From: Kondoa subrosea
Taxonomy: Eukaryota
Assembly: GCA_039545335.1 (NCBI GenBank)
Contig: BCIN01000001.1
Span: forward strand, 3,661,136 to 3,725,135
DNA length: 64,000 nucleotides
Reading direction: 5' to 3'
Shown in pieces: positions 62,229 to 64,000 of this stretch; within the stretch, counting starts at the first letter, position 1; every line of letters starts with the position of its first letter. The translations under genes and the position numbers were made by a program. Below the pieces are notes generated by a model. It had not been told where the DNA came from. It did not search any database and saw only the letters and a list, made by a program, of their open reading frames with translations.

Positions 62229-63789
62229 ATGTCGAGCCTGAAAAGGAAGACACTTGAGCTAGGTGTGCTGCTTTCATGTTCATGTCTCGATTATAAGCTC
62301 AAGGCAATTAAGGACTCAGCGAACGTTGGTCTCTTGCCAGACGAAATGTCGGCAGTCCTATGATTGTGATAATATGCGCTTCTCTTCAGCATAATCTCGT
62401 CTCCAAAGATGAGCTTCTTCGCGTGGTCAACAATTTATTGAAAGCCTATCCAATGCTCAAATGCGGTGTCAGGGGAAGAACAAGCAATGCACCGGAATAC
62501 TGGATCAATGAGTCAATACAAGCTAAAGATATTGTGACGACAAAATCGCTTTCGCCGCAATCGAAACTTTCAGATCAGCTTGCAGAATCTGTAGAATATG
62601 GCTTCTCTTTTGATGCTGATCGAGGTCCGATGTGGGAGTTGCAATTACATCAAGCAGGGAATCAGGAGCGTGATAGATTGTTTCTCCTCATTGACCATAT
62701 CATCGCAGGTCAGTTGTCTCTTTCGCTGACTTTCTCTTCTCCTCTGATATGAACCTGGCAGATGGTGTTGGCGCAAAGAATCTCTTTATTGATATACTAG
62801 AATTACTCTCGTCACCTTCGAAGACACTGTCAGCAAGCACTGATTTACCGGTCAGGTTGGACGAAATAGCAGATCTGACTCCTCTTCCTGCTACGAGTTC
62901 TCCCACCTCCTCTATCCCAATCAAAGCCTTTCCACCTAGACAAGAAGGATATAGCTCGCGAGAAGCACCTCAGCACTTCTTTACCTTTGAAGTAGCTCAA
63001 AGTCAAGTTTCTGCTCTAATTGCGCAAGGCAAGAAACATGGCGTCAAAACTCTTCATCCAGTTCTCTTCATGTCTGGTCTCGTAGCGCTCTATCGGGCGA
63101 CTCTACCCGAATCTCGTTCTTTAATCTTCCGTACCGCTTGTCCCTTCTCACATCGAAACGAAATAGCAAATCCAGTTTTCGCTACCGGTAATTATGTCAC
63201 TTTCCATTTCGTGACTGAGAAATTGGATGCTACCTCAAAGTTTTGGGCAAAAGCAAGAGAATATTCCGCAAATCTTGGAAATCCTCAAGCGAAGATCAAA
63301 GCCAAACAAGCTCTAGGCAATTTCTCACTTTTGACTCAACGCAAATCAGCCAGACTGGACAAGACTGGTTGGGAAGATTATATAGATGAAGCAATCGATC
63401 ATCCTGATGGACCTCATTCAATGGCTTTCGTGGTTTCGAATGTCGGGATTTTAAAAGTACCTACAGAAGGCAGATTGGCTGGACAAGTTCAGGATGTATG
63501 TTTTGCTCAAACCCATTCCCATACGGCTGCAGCGTTGTTATCAAGCGTGAGTGCCATATTTCCGAATTCCTTGTTAGTAGTTGATCGGCAGGAGCAGGTT
63601 GTTACTGCCGAAAATGGCTCACTTATGGTCGCTTGCGGTACTAGAAAAGAAGCGACGCCTGCGGGAGTATTGGAAAGGTTTCAAGAGATGTATCCAGCGA
63701 TACTCAAAGCTGTGGCAGAAGGAACAATAGAAGACGAGCAAACAATAGAAGAAGACATTGGAGGAATAGAGTCTGCTATTAAATTATAG
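62229..63789 (+). CDS. Alcohol O-acetyltransferase-like CoA-dependent acyltransferase (HxxxDG)
   Basis: GLSERW N-terminal motif, YPML..GV, GPMWEL, catalytic DHIIA|DGVG across an intron, GNYV and VSNVG. Confidence 0.82.
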
Positions 63790-63932
63790 AAATGCTAAAT
63801 GATAGCGGTTGCAAATGAAAGATGTGTGGTACTCTAGCTATATACACCGATTGTTGACGACTACAATTCTAAAAGATTGCACGTGATTAGAAGCCCACAA
63901 ATACTAAATCTGCTCTACTGAGGAATCTCGCA

Positions 63933-64000
63933 TCAAGCGGAAGTCTTCTCTGCAGGTACCTTCTCAGGAATGGATTCAGACTTCTCCAAATCAGGAGTGC
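63933..64000 (-). CDS. Possible 3' end of a gene entering from beyond the window
   Basis: Minus frame reads TPDLEKSESIPEKVPAEKTSA*, convergent with the acyltransferase gene. Confidence 0.35.
   Translation of the reverse strand, partial: TPDLEKSESIPEKVPAEKTSA

Noticed and set aside
57999..63789. GH71 + UAP1 + acyltransferase (+TF) as a biosynthetic or cell-wall cluster
   Set aside because: UAP1 is a housekeeping GlcNAc enzyme, GH71 acts on alpha-glucan, and there is no backbone synthase. No coherent pathway is evident.
1..64000. Transposons, CRISPR arrays, rRNA/tRNA genes, telomeric repeats or prokaryotic operons
   Set aside because: I saw no transposase/RT motifs, repeat-spacer arrays or recognisable structural RNA. 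Small or intron-containing RNAs could be missed without covariance-model searches.

Overview
This is eukaryotic DNA from a gene-dense fungal genome. It has many short (about 45-70 nt) GT-AG introns with CTRAC/CTRAY branch sites and several micro-exons. The gene families suggest a basidiomycete, possibly Pucciniomycotina (inference). I reconstructed about 30 protein-coding genes by splicing by eye, so internal exon boundaries are approximate. Housekeeping genes include RCC1, DCAF11-like WD40, FAM32A, PAC3, CCC1/VIT1, MIR1, CCT7, COG2 and UAP1. Regulators include a BAH-PHD reader, bZIP, a C2H2/basic protein, a Crz1-like zinc finger, bHLH and a fungal-TF-like protein. The best candidates for something undescribed are: (1) a tight cluster of three Golgi-type glycan-modifying genes (CAP64/CAS3-like SGNH protein, O-fucosyltransferase-like, GT77-like) next to a secreted DUF1996 protein; (2) a secreted protein built from about four Cys-containing GxLPP repeats with a Lys-rich tail; (3) a small secreted Cys-repeat protein absent from the ORF track; (4) a golgin combining GM130-like motifs with a golgin-45-like CxxC C-terminus. 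I found no rRNA, tRNA, CRISPR array or transposon.
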